NCBI GenBank assembly: GCA_965261845.1
Contig: OZ253475.1
Span: 284,458 to 348,457, forward strand
Length of the DNA stretch: 64,000 nucleotides
Direction: 5' to 3'
From: Candidatus Foliamicus sp.
GTDB lineage: Bacteria; Pseudomonadota; Gammaproteobacteria; Steroidobacterales; Foliamicaceae
Of this stretch, positions 40,799 to 49,157 are shown in pieces. The translations under genes were made by a program, and so were the position numbers. Positions within the stretch are counted from its first letter, which is position 1, and the number at the start of each line of letters is the position of its first letter. The notes under the pieces were generated by a model that was not told the origin of the DNA, searched no databases, and saw only the letters and a list, made by a program, of their open reading frames with translations.

Positions 40799-43317
40799 CA
40801 AGTCTGGATCGGGAGCAACCCTACGATCTTGCTGGCCACCGCCGAATAGAGGTCAACCTCCACTTCAGGTGCGCGGATTGATACCAAGAGAGCGTATCGT
40901 GCCACGCTATCGTATCGCTTCAGCTTTGTCCTCGACTTCCACCAGCCAAGCGCGGGCCAAATTCCGATGGCTCCCCGGCTTGCAAGTTCCGCTGCACTGC
41001 CCCGCCAGATATCGCTGTGTAAGGATCCCCTATGCCGATTCTGCGTTCCTATGACCCATCCGGCATCGTTTCCACTACTCCGCGTCCATTCTTCCGCGTC
41101 GCGCGCCGCTGCATTCAAACGTCCACGGAAGTCCGCCTCCGACTCCAATGGCCGCTTCACATCGAATCTCAAACCGTGCGATTCGTAACGATACCGGCGA
41201 GCAAATCCACGCGCGGACGGATTGGGTTCCACGAAATACGAAAGAGTCACCCGCATTTCTACCCGCGTCTCTCCGAGCGCTTCCAACTCATCAAGAGGCC
41301 AGGGCAATCGGTGCAGATTCATTTCCCGGAAAGTAGGTTGATTGCTCCCTTCACGTCTAAATGGATGCAACCGGTCCTCGCTTACCATGGTCAGAGAGTT
41401 ATCCACGCTCCACATGGCGCGGTCCAGATCGGGAATTCCGAATCCACAGCATCGCACGAGACGGGCCATATCCGATTTGTTAGGCGTTCGGTTTTCCGGC
41501 AGAAATGCCTCACGCATAGCATCGGTCCACTCTGCCGAGTGCACGATCAAGGCCCTAATGGTTTCGGGCCAGAGACGGGGATAGGCCACCATCAACTGCG
41601 CGGCCATCCGCGCGGCGAGTGCCGATGCCGCGCTGGTTGCGTTCGTGATTGTGAATAGCCTTTTCGTTGGCTCCCTATTCGTCGTCAGTAGGCTAAGGCT
41701 CGCCTTGGTTTCGGCATACGGGGTCGCATACAGATTTGTCTCGGCGGCATTGCCTCCTTCGAGGACGACATCCGGCTTTAGCGGCCAGTGCTTCTGCCAG
41801 GTTGCCGAGGTGGTGCTGAACGGGCTTAGGCCGCCAGCAGGTGCGACCGGCTGATAATTCTGTGCATCGGGCTCCGTAATCCGCACGAGTTGAGTCGCCG
41901 CGCCGACAGTCAGCGCGTTCCAGCTTTGACCCGGGTCATGAACCCCGTCGGAGCAATTGCTCTCCGGGTACTGCGTCCACGCATTTGGGTCCTGTACGTT
42001 TCCAGCAGAAATGACAAAGAGCCTCGGCGTATCCCCTTGTGTGTCTGAGTCGGCCGAGAGCCGGTCTATTGCCGCGGACCAGGCCGATGGCCGGCCACGA
42101 TCACGATTGTCGCGTGCAGTAACCGCCATGCTGAACACGCGGCGCCGTTGCGGTGCGGTAATTTCAGGCCGCGCGACTGCCTCGACAGTTAGGTAGCCAT
42201 GATGCTGTGCGTCTCCAGTGTTGGGGCTGCCATGAGTCAATAATTTCACTGATTCGAGTCGATGACGTATTTCGATCGGGTCTTGGGATTCGATTGCCTC
42301 TGTTAGGTTTCCGATCAGAGCAAGTCCAGCCATTTCCGTCCCGTGGCCGTCACTGTCATCGGTACCCCATCCTGGCTGCACTGAGTGCATGTCCGCACCG
42401 GCCAGTCCGGGGGTGATAAGCGGATGCCCTCGGTTGACACCGGTATCGAACAAGCACACGTGCGCCGCTTCCTCCTCCTCGCCGTGCACCGTCATCCGGC
42501 CCTGCAAGTCCTCAAGCCATTCTGCTTGTTCTTCGGGCGGTAACGCATCAAAGAACTCCGCCGTTTCTTTGGCGCGCCTCAACTCGGCAATACTGTTCAA
42601 TGTCAACATTGATTGCTTCATCTGACCTGCCGACCCATATGCCAGGAGGACGGTGCGTTCCGGGAACTGGAAATCCCCAGGTGCGAACGCTAAGTCCAGT
42701 CCATCAGCGAGTGCCCGGAACTGATTCGTGACGGCTGCACGATCACCCCGCACCGGTAGCCAGATTTCCCACCAAAAGGGTTCGTCGTCTGTTGTGGGGA
42801 ACTCCTCGGGCTCGTCCGTCCACAGAGCCTTCAGCGTAGCTGCCCGAATTTTGGAGATCGAGTTAAGTAGTTTGTGATTCTTGGGACCGAGTTTCGTGTC
42901 CTTTGATTCGTCCAAGTACGATCGGATGAGGTTCTCAAGAATATGCAACTTGCCGTCGGGAACGAACACTGTGGCGAGCGTCCGCGGCCCGTCGTGACGA
43001 ACATTCAGCAACTCGATTCCGGAGTGCTCCCGGGCGAGAGATTCGAAGGCCAGTTCGATTTCAGGAAAGCTTTCAAATTCAACACGTAGGCCGAAGCCCG
43101 CTTCAAGCCCGGCTGATTCTTGCTGCATCCGCGCAGTTGCCAATTGTGGACGCAATGTCTCGACCTGGCTCAGCAGCGCACTGCCATGCGGAATCCGATC
43201 CCTGTCTTGCAGCGAAACGCCGCCGCCAATTGCCCGCGGAGGACGGAGGAAGCGTTCCGTCTCGCCATTTCTCTCAAGAACAAAGTGCGGCTTGCGCCGA
43301 ACGTCCTGATCCGCCAT
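40798..43317 (-). CDS. ietS: S8-family (subtilisin-like) serine peptidase, IetS-like, 839 aa
   Basis: Catalytic-triad contexts CLFDTGVNRGHP (Asp), SDGHGTEMAGLA (His) and TNATSAASALAARMAA (Ser). About 280-aa non-catalytic N-terminal region. Lies directly after an AAA+ ATPase gene. Confidence 0.8.
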   Translation of the reverse strand: MADQDVRRKPHFVLERNGETERFLRPPRAIGGGVSLQDRDRIPHGSALLSQVETLRPQLATARMQQESAGLEAGFGLRVEFESFPEIELAFESLAREHSGIELLNVRHDGPRTLATVFVPDGKLHILENLIRSYLDESKDTKLGPKNHKLLNSISKIRAATLKALWTDEPEEFPTTDDEPFWWEIWLPVRGDRAAVTNQFRALADGLDLAFAPGDFQFPERTVLLAYGSAGQMKQSMLTLNSIAELRRAKETAEFFDALPPEEQAEWLEDLQGRMTVHGEEEEAAHVCLFDTGVNRGHPLITPGLAGADMHSVQPGWGTDDSDGHGTEMAGLALIGNLTEAIESQDPIEIRHRLESVKLLTHGSPNTGDAQHHGYLTVEAVARPEITAPQRRRVFSMAVTARDNRDRGRPSAWSAAIDRLSADSDTQGDTPRLFVISAGNVQDPNAWTQYPESNCSDGVHDPGQSWNALTVGAATQLVRITEPDAQNYQPVAPAGGLSPFSTTSATWQKHWPLKPDVVLEGGNAAETNLYATPYAETKASLSLLTTNREPTKRLFTITNATSAASALAARMAAQLMVAYPRLWPETIRALIVHSAEWTDAMREAFLPENRTPNKSDMARLVRCCGFGIPDLDRAMWSVDNSLTMVSEDRLHPFRREGSNQPTFREMNLHRLPWPLDELEALGETRVEMRVTLSYFVEPNPSARGFARRYRYESHGLRFDVKRPLESEADFRGRLNAAARDAEEWTRSSGNDAGWVIGTQNRHRGSLHSDIWRGSAAELASRGAIGIWPALGWWKSRTKLKRYDSVARYALLVSIRAPEVEVDLYSAVASKIVGLLPIQT

Positions 43318-43338
43318 GTAACGCCTGCAGTTCCTTTG

Positions 43339-44343
43339 CTACTCGTTTTTTGTCCTGAGTCGGCTGGAAATGTCTAGTCTTTCCCGTAGCGTATGGCGAA
43401 TTTCGTCCTCCGAAACCTTGTTCCGCCCTTCTATGAGTGCCTCTTTCAGAGCTTCATCCGACGCTCTGGCCACTTCGGCATAACTCAACCCCGCCCCCCC
43501 CTTGGCCAGCCGCTGCCAGGACACGCCTTTCGCGGCCATCCGTGCCAAGCGGGACTTCAATACCGATGCAATCCGTTCCTCATTTGGCAACTCGTAATGA
43601 AGCACATCGTCGAATCGGCGGAACAACGCATGGTCCAGGATATCCGGGTGATTGGTAGCCGCGACAATCAGGCTGTGGGATCCGTCCTGTTCAATCATTT
43701 GCAAGAAGCTGTTCAGGATACGCCGGACCTCCCCGACGTCGTTAGCAAGCCCGCGGTGTGAACCGATCGCATCAAACTCGTCGAAGAAATAGACTCCACG
43801 CGTTTTTTCGGTCGCTTCGAATACCTGCCGCAATTTGGCCGCGGTCTCGCCCATGTACTTCGTAATCAACCCGTCAAGCCGCACCTGTAGCAGCGGCATG
43901 CCAAGCTCGCCGGCGAGTACGGATGCCGTCATCGTCTTGCCGGTGCCCGGCGGCCCCATCAGCAGCAGCTTTCGCCTCGGAGAGAGTCCATGCGCCAATA
44001 TCTCTGACGCCCTTCGCTGTTCCCGGATAATCCGCTTGAGTTGGCCCAACAAGACGTCGTCCAGAACCATATCCGCAAGCCGTGCCTTTGCGTACGCGAC
44101 GTTAAGCAGCCCCGCCAACTCTCCTCGTGGGCGGCTGATGGGAATCGGCTTCTCGCCGCGTTTTGATAGTAGTCCCCGGCGCACCTTTGCTTGGTCGATC
44201 AGCGCCCTCAACTCCACCGCGAGCTTGCCATGACCCAGTTTCGCCTCGTGCGCGGCGACCTGCATAGCCACGGAGAAAAACCGCTCGTCGTTATCTTCAA
44301 GGTGGGACTTGAGCAACGCTTTCAATTGAGCGGCACTAGCCAT
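43339..44343 (-). CDS. ietA: AAA+ ATPase (CDC48/FtsH-type module), IetA-like, 334 aa
   Basis: Walker A LLLMGPPGTGKT, Walker B VYFFDEFDAIG, sensor/Arg-finger region ATNHPDILDHALFRRFD. Confidence 0.85.
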   Translation of the reverse strand: MASAAQLKALLKSHLEDNDERFFSVAMQVAAHEAKLGHGKLAVELRALIDQAKVRRGLLSKRGEKPIPISRPRGELAGLLNVAYAKARLADMVLDDVLLGQLKRIIREQRRASEILAHGLSPRRKLLLMGPPGTGKTMTASVLAGELGMPLLQVRLDGLITKYMGETAAKLRQVFEATEKTRGVYFFDEFDAIGSHRGLANDVGEVRRILNSFLQMIEQDGSHSLIVAATNHPDILDHALFRRFDDVLHYELPNEERIASVLKSRLARMAAKGVSWQRLAKGGAGLSYAEVARASDEALKEALIEGRNKVSEDEIRHTLRERLDISSRLRTKNE

Positions 44344-44546
44344 CTCTCTCCCCTGCGACTGTGTCGCATCATACCCTGAACACCTTGAAAACCTCGTCGC
44401 ACACCCCGCTCCGCAGTCGCACCATAGCCCAGCAGATCGGTCTCAACAATATCCGCAAGCTGCGGCGGGTTGGGCGGCAAGTGATTCAGGATGCGCTTCC
44501 AGTTTGCCTCGTTCGGCCCAAGAGTATCGGCAATGCGGAAATCCAT
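44322..44546 (-). CDS. 74-codon ORF whose first 8 codons duplicate the start of the helicase gene; doubtful as a gene, possibly a recombination scar
   Basis: ATGGATTTCCGCATTGCCGATAC (MDFRIADT) vs ATGCATTTCCGCATCGCCGACAC (MHFRIADT) at 40798, with no similarity afterwards. The 3' end overlaps the ietA start by 22 nt. Confidence 0.25.
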   Translation of the reverse strand: MDFRIADTLGPNEANWKRILNHLPPNPPQLADIVETDLLGYGATAERGVRRGFQGVQGMMRHSRRGERWLVPLN

Positions 44547-44574
44547 AGAGGTCGGGCCTATTAGGCTTTCTATA

Positions 44575-45267
44575 TCAGGCTTGCGTGCATTCCAGGCGTT
44601 TGAGCCAGCCTCGAAAGTTGAGACATTCAGAACGGATTCTGTCGAACCCGATTTCCAGCGCCGCCACATTGCCCATCAACGGCTTCTGGTAGTCGGGAAC
44701 GAGTTCCAAGATACGACGGGATGGCGCTGTGGCGGGAGAATCGTCTATTTCCTCTGGAGTGGCGAATTGATCTCGAATCTCCTGGAACCGCGGCGCAAGT
44801 TGAGGACGACCGATTGCTTCCCCGAATCGTTCACAATCGCTGAAGAGCATGGCCTCAAACTCATGCATCATGACGTAGGGTATGAAGCGCCTGTCGTCGA
44901 AGCCGGCACCCATCGTCCGCCGGATATCCGCCGCGAGCTCGTCCTCAATCGTCTTCGCCTTACGCGGAAAGGCCAGCCCGGCTGCCTGAGACCGGCCCGG
45001 CCAGGCTCTTGAACCCGCCTTCGGCATCCCGTAATAGTCAACCATTGTGGTTGCAATGCATTCCTGATCTTCCCGCAAGTGAGCCACGATGTCATTTCGA
45101 GCGGCGCTCCATGGCTTGATTCCGCCACGGCGGGAGCGTTGACGGGCGTTACCGATCAAGCGCGCGCCAACACGGGTCATACCAAACCTGTAAAGATGTG
45201 GGGCGAGCGCCTCATTGACGAAAGTCTCCTCGGTTTGGCCCTCAACGTGAACGAGGAGCCGGGTCAT
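44575..45267 (-). CDS. DUF4276-family protein (Toprim-like N-terminus)
   Basis: MTRLLVHVEGQTEETFVNE start and 230 aa, the pattern I recall for DUF4276. 4-nt overlap (ATGA) with the upstream ATPase gene. Confidence 0.8.
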   Translation of the reverse strand: MTRLLVHVEGQTEETFVNEALAPHLYRFGMTRVGARLIGNARQRSRRGGIKPWSAARNDIVAHLREDQECIATTMVDYYGMPKAGSRAWPGRSQAAGLAFPRKAKTIEDELAADIRRTMGAGFDDRRFIPYVMMHEFEAMLFSDCERFGEAIGRPQLAPRFQEIRDQFATPEEIDDSPATAPSRRILELVPDYQKPLMGNVAALEIGFDRIRSECLNFRGWLKRLECTQA

Positions 45268-46364
45268 CGCGCGGAATCTGGGCCTTTGTTCTCCTCCGCC
45301 GGACGGCCGCCAAACTCATTCTTCTCCCAGAGCTGGCCGAGACTGTAATCTTCCAGCCACGCCGAGAGTTTCTCGCCGTCCAGCCTGCGAAGCGTTGTAG
45401 CGCCCTTTACGCGATCAGCCACAAGTACGTCTTCCGGTTCGAAGTGATCCAGTAACAAGGATGACTGTGTCGCTAGGATGATTTGCGAGGTGTGGGATGC
45501 TTGTTTGAGCAGCGACGCCAACAGAGTGATGGCGTACGGATGCAGGCCAAGCTCGGGTTCGTCTAAAAGTATGACGGAGGGCCGATGCGATTCAGGTTGG
45601 AGCAAGAGGGTAGCGAGAGAGATAAACCGGAGAGAACCATCCGATAGTGACGAGGCATTGAAATAGGCGTTCGACCCCCGATGACGCCATTCGAAGAGAA
45701 TCTTTTCCTCGTTCAACTCCAGCGGCTGAAGGACAAAGTCGTCGAAGAATGGCGCGGCCAGCCGCACGGTTTGTCGAATTTGAGTGTACGCGTTCCGGTG
45801 CTTTTTGCTTAGCAGAAACAGGAAGGCGGCGAGATTCGAACCGTCTGCGCGCAACTGACGATTGTCTTGCAGGTCAGCCGTCTTTTTCATCGGGGATGCC
45901 GCGCCAGCGTCGTGAAAATGGAAAGACCGCCAGCAACTCACTTCGCTTTGCACGAACTCAACTTCAGGTCCAAGTCCAAGGCTTTCTTCCAAGTCACTGA
46001 CAAAATCCTGGGGGATATTGATTTGAAATATCTCAAACCCGGCATTCAACTGGTCGTCAACTCCGTATGGCATTCCGACCCTGAAGTCAGCTGATCCATC
46101 CTTAAAGCTGACCACGAACCCAATCTTTGGCGTTACCTTTGATCCAAAGTGAAGCAAGCGGTCCGCTCCGCCGGATCGGGCAACAAGATCGGACAGCTCG
46201 GACCCGCTAAGCACGGCTGAGCGCAACAGCTTGAGCGCGCCAAGGAAGTTTGATTTGCCCGATCCGTTGGCGCCGATCAGGACGTTGATGGCACGCAATT
46301 GCAACTGTTCGATTGCGGCGATGCTCCTGTAGCCCCAAATCGAAATTTCGCGTATCGCGGCCAT
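45264..46364 (-). CDS. ABC/SMC-type (AAA_21/23-like) ATPase, 366 aa
   Basis: Walker A LIGANGSGKSN, signature-like SSLSDGSLRF, Walker B VILLDEPELGLHP. No nuclease domain in the same chain. Confidence 0.85.
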   Translation of the reverse strand: MAAIREISIWGYRSIAAIEQLQLRAINVLIGANGSGKSNFLGALKLLRSAVLSGSELSDLVARSGGADRLLHFGSKVTPKIGFVVSFKDGSADFRVGMPYGVDDQLNAGFEIFQINIPQDFVSDLEESLGLGPEVEFVQSEVSCWRSFHFHDAGAASPMKKTADLQDNRQLRADGSNLAAFLFLLSKKHRNAYTQIRQTVRLAAPFFDDFVLQPLELNEEKILFEWRHRGSNAYFNASSLSDGSLRFISLATLLLQPESHRPSVILLDEPELGLHPYAITLLASLLKQASHTSQIILATQSSLLLDHFEPEDVLVADRVKGATTLRRLDGEKLSAWLEDYSLGQLWEKNEFGGRPAEENKGPDSAR

Positions 46365-46373
46365 GACCTTTTA

Positions 46374-49136
46374 CTAAACCCGAAATACCTTGATGACCTC
46401 GTCGCCCAGGTGGTTGATGACCTTGACGGCGATACGGCCTGTCTCGGGTTTCGGGAATGGGCGCGAGGTGTCACTATGGAGTGTAGCCCAAGCGTCCCGG
46501 TTGATTTCAGCCTTCAATGTGGTCTTCAGCGCCTTATAGGGATCGTTTGCGCCGAGGAAATAGGCATGGCGCACGAAGAAGCTCTCTTCGTTGTAGTCGG
46601 TGTCGATGAACCAGCAGGCGATCCCATCCGGTCCGTCGGAGCGGACTTCGCCGGTTTGCGGATGAAAGACATCCACGCCGTTGACCTTGACCTGGATCTG
46701 ATCGTCCTCCGCGTTCAGAATCTCAATATCGGGTTCACCGAAGATCACGAACAGGTTGCCCTTGCCGGTATTCTTCAGCTCGGCGGCCATATGCAGATCG
46801 GCGTTCATACGCGCCTTGAGAACGGGAATTCGTCCCAGCTTATCGAACTCCGAGGAGTGCGCGTCATAGCTGAAAGCACAAGCGATAAGCACATCGAAAT
46901 CCGCGTCTCCGGCTTCGCGAGCTGCCTTGACCAGATCCGGCCGAGAAACAGTGCCGAACTCTGGACCAATGAAAATAGCGCCACGCCTTTCGGGATCGCT
47001 GCCGCTTTCCAAATAGCGGCCCTCTGCGCAGATAAGATCGCCCGGCCAAGGCTTCACAGACGTAAAGGTAATCTTGTCTTCCTTGTGGGCTTGCTGAACA
47101 CCTGCGGAAGCAAGGTTCTCAAGAACGACCTCGGCGAAATCGGCTTGACCGGCATAATCCCCGCGCGCATCGGCAACGCCTCCGATCAACTCATCGTTCT
47201 CGTCAACACCCAGTTCACGGTGTGGCGAAAGGCTCTCTACGGTGAACGGCCCGGCGACTCGCACCTTTTTGCGGTCCCCGTACGGCTTGTCGTACAGATA
47301 TTCGTAGTTTGCCTTGGCGGCGATGGAAGCGTCGAATTCCTTTTGCCGGGCGATGCGCTGTTCCCACCAATTCGCGTGAATTCTTCTGCTCTCCTCGGGC
47401 CATGCTTCGTCGGCGTCGCGGGGGATTTCCCATTCCTCGTAGGATGTGCCGAGCGCAGCGTTCAATTCCTGACACAGCGGTTCCAGCGTTTCTTGGAACT
47501 TCTCCCAAATTACGTCGATCTCGGCGTTGTGGGCGATGGACTTGAGGGTGATGTGGGGGACGCGCTCGTACACGAAGCCTTGGCGGATGTCGTTGTACGT
47601 GGGCGTTTCAGAGGCGGCTTTGCGGGTGAGCGCGGCTTCCTTGATTTGGCCGTCGCGGCTGTCGGCGAGCAGATAGTAGGGATAGCGTGCGCCCATGATG
47701 CGAGCGCGGGCCAGCGCGAGTGCGACGCGGGAGGTGTCGATGGTGATCCAGCGGCGGCCCCACTGCTCGGCAACGTACGCGGTCGTGCCGGAGCCGCAGG
47801 TAGGGTCGAGGACGAGGTCACCAGGGTCGGTGGTCATTAGGATGCAGCGTTGGATGACGCTGATAGCAGTCTGGACAACGTAGACTTTTGAGTCACCGAA
47901 CCCAGATTGCCGTGTGTCATTCCATACGTCCGCGTGTGCTTGAAATCCGAAGTCAGAAAAAGGTCTGACAAAACCCAAAGTTAGCCCAGAGAAGGTCAAC
48001 CTCTGCGCTTTGCGGAGCCTTTCCATCCCTACGAGATTAGTTTTCCACCCCCCCTTCCCAGGTCGAAACTTCTTCCCATCAAGATCATACTCAAAGAGAG
48101 TCGTTGAGCTTGCAGACTGAGATGTGATCGGATTCATGCGAGCGATGCGGTAAGGTGTATCGCCCGCTGGTGCCAAGAAACCATCCTCGGCAAAGTCAAA
48201 CCGGAAATTGTTGTCCTGGTCTACCTCTCTCTCAAAAAGGGGACGACGAAATTTGAGGTCGTTCAACGATTTTGCGAACCATAGGACAAAATCACGAGTG
48301 CTATCCAACGCCGCCGATGCTTTACCTGTCGTAGTTCTGTAGACAATCTCACTGACAAAATTCTCTTCCCCAAACACCTCGTCCATCAACGCCCGCACAC
48401 GATGTACATTCTCGTCCCCGATTTGCACGAGAACTGAACCACTTTCGGTCAACAAATCCCTCGCTACGGTCAGCCTATCCCGCAAGTACGTCAAATACGA
48501 ATGAATCCCATCGCGCCAAGTATCTCGAAACGCCTTTACCTGCTCCGGCTCTCGCGTGATGTGATCGGCCTTGCCATCCTTGACGTTGCGGCTGCTCGTT
48601 GACCATTGGAAGTTGGAGTTGAACTTGATGCCGTAGGGCGGGTCGATGTAGATGCACTGCACCTTGTCTCGCAGCCCTTCCCGCTCCGCGAGCGATGCCA
48701 TCACCTGCAGGCTATCCCCGAGAATCATGCGGTTCGACCAGTTCGCATCGTGCTGATAAAACTCGGTCTTGGCGTTGTCATCAGGCAGCCCATTGAAATC
48801 TGCAAATAGATCAACCTGCGGTTCACTAGACTGCTGCTCCGCGTGACTGCGGCGAAGCAGGTCGTCGATCAGCGCCTTGGGATGGACTTTTTCCTGGATA
48901 TAGAGCGGTGGCGCGTGAGCTACAAGGTCTGACCAGTCCTGCTTATCCTTCCCGCGCCACACAAGCTGCGGATCGAGGTCCCGGTTACGGCGCTCGTAGG
49001 CGACGCGCACCGGGGATTGCTCCTCCTTGCGCAACACTGACTCGTATTCCGCCGTCGGGATATTCTTCCGCGTCGATTCCTGATGAGTCAGCACTTCGAT
49101 TGACTTGCGTTTCGGTTTGCTGGGTCTTCTTGCCAT
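46374..49136 (-). CDS. mod: DNA methyltransferase (beta-class N6A/N4C, Type III Mod-like) with long C-terminal extension, 920 aa
   Basis: Motif IV IYIDPPYG precedes motif I LDPTCGSGTTAYVA (beta-class order). About 300 extra C-terminal residues ending KVINHLGDEVIKVFRV. Confidence 0.85.
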   Translation of the reverse strand: MARRPSKPKRKSIEVLTHQESTRKNIPTAEYESVLRKEEQSPVRVAYERRNRDLDPQLVWRGKDKQDWSDLVAHAPPLYIQEKVHPKALIDDLLRRSHAEQQSSEPQVDLFADFNGLPDDNAKTEFYQHDANWSNRMILGDSLQVMASLAEREGLRDKVQCIYIDPPYGIKFNSNFQWSTSSRNVKDGKADHITREPEQVKAFRDTWRDGIHSYLTYLRDRLTVARDLLTESGSVLVQIGDENVHRVRALMDEVFGEENFVSEIVYRTTTGKASAALDSTRDFVLWFAKSLNDLKFRRPLFEREVDQDNNFRFDFAEDGFLAPAGDTPYRIARMNPITSQSASSTTLFEYDLDGKKFRPGKGGWKTNLVGMERLRKAQRLTFSGLTLGFVRPFSDFGFQAHADVWNDTRQSGFGDSKVYVVQTAISVIQRCILMTTDPGDLVLDPTCGSGTTAYVAEQWGRRWITIDTSRVALALARARIMGARYPYYLLADSRDGQIKEAALTRKAASETPTYNDIRQGFVYERVPHITLKSIAHNAEIDVIWEKFQETLEPLCQELNAALGTSYEEWEIPRDADEAWPEESRRIHANWWEQRIARQKEFDASIAAKANYEYLYDKPYGDRKKVRVAGPFTVESLSPHRELGVDENDELIGGVADARGDYAGQADFAEVVLENLASAGVQQAHKEDKITFTSVKPWPGDLICAEGRYLESGSDPERRGAIFIGPEFGTVSRPDLVKAAREAGDADFDVLIACAFSYDAHSSEFDKLGRIPVLKARMNADLHMAAELKNTGKGNLFVIFGEPDIEILNAEDDQIQVKVNGVDVFHPQTGEVRSDGPDGIACWFIDTDYNEESFFVRHAYFLGANDPYKALKTTLKAEINRDAWATLHSDTSRPFPKPETGRIAVKVINHLGDEVIKVFRV

Positions 49137-49157
49137 TGGTTGGTACCGTGCTTGCGG

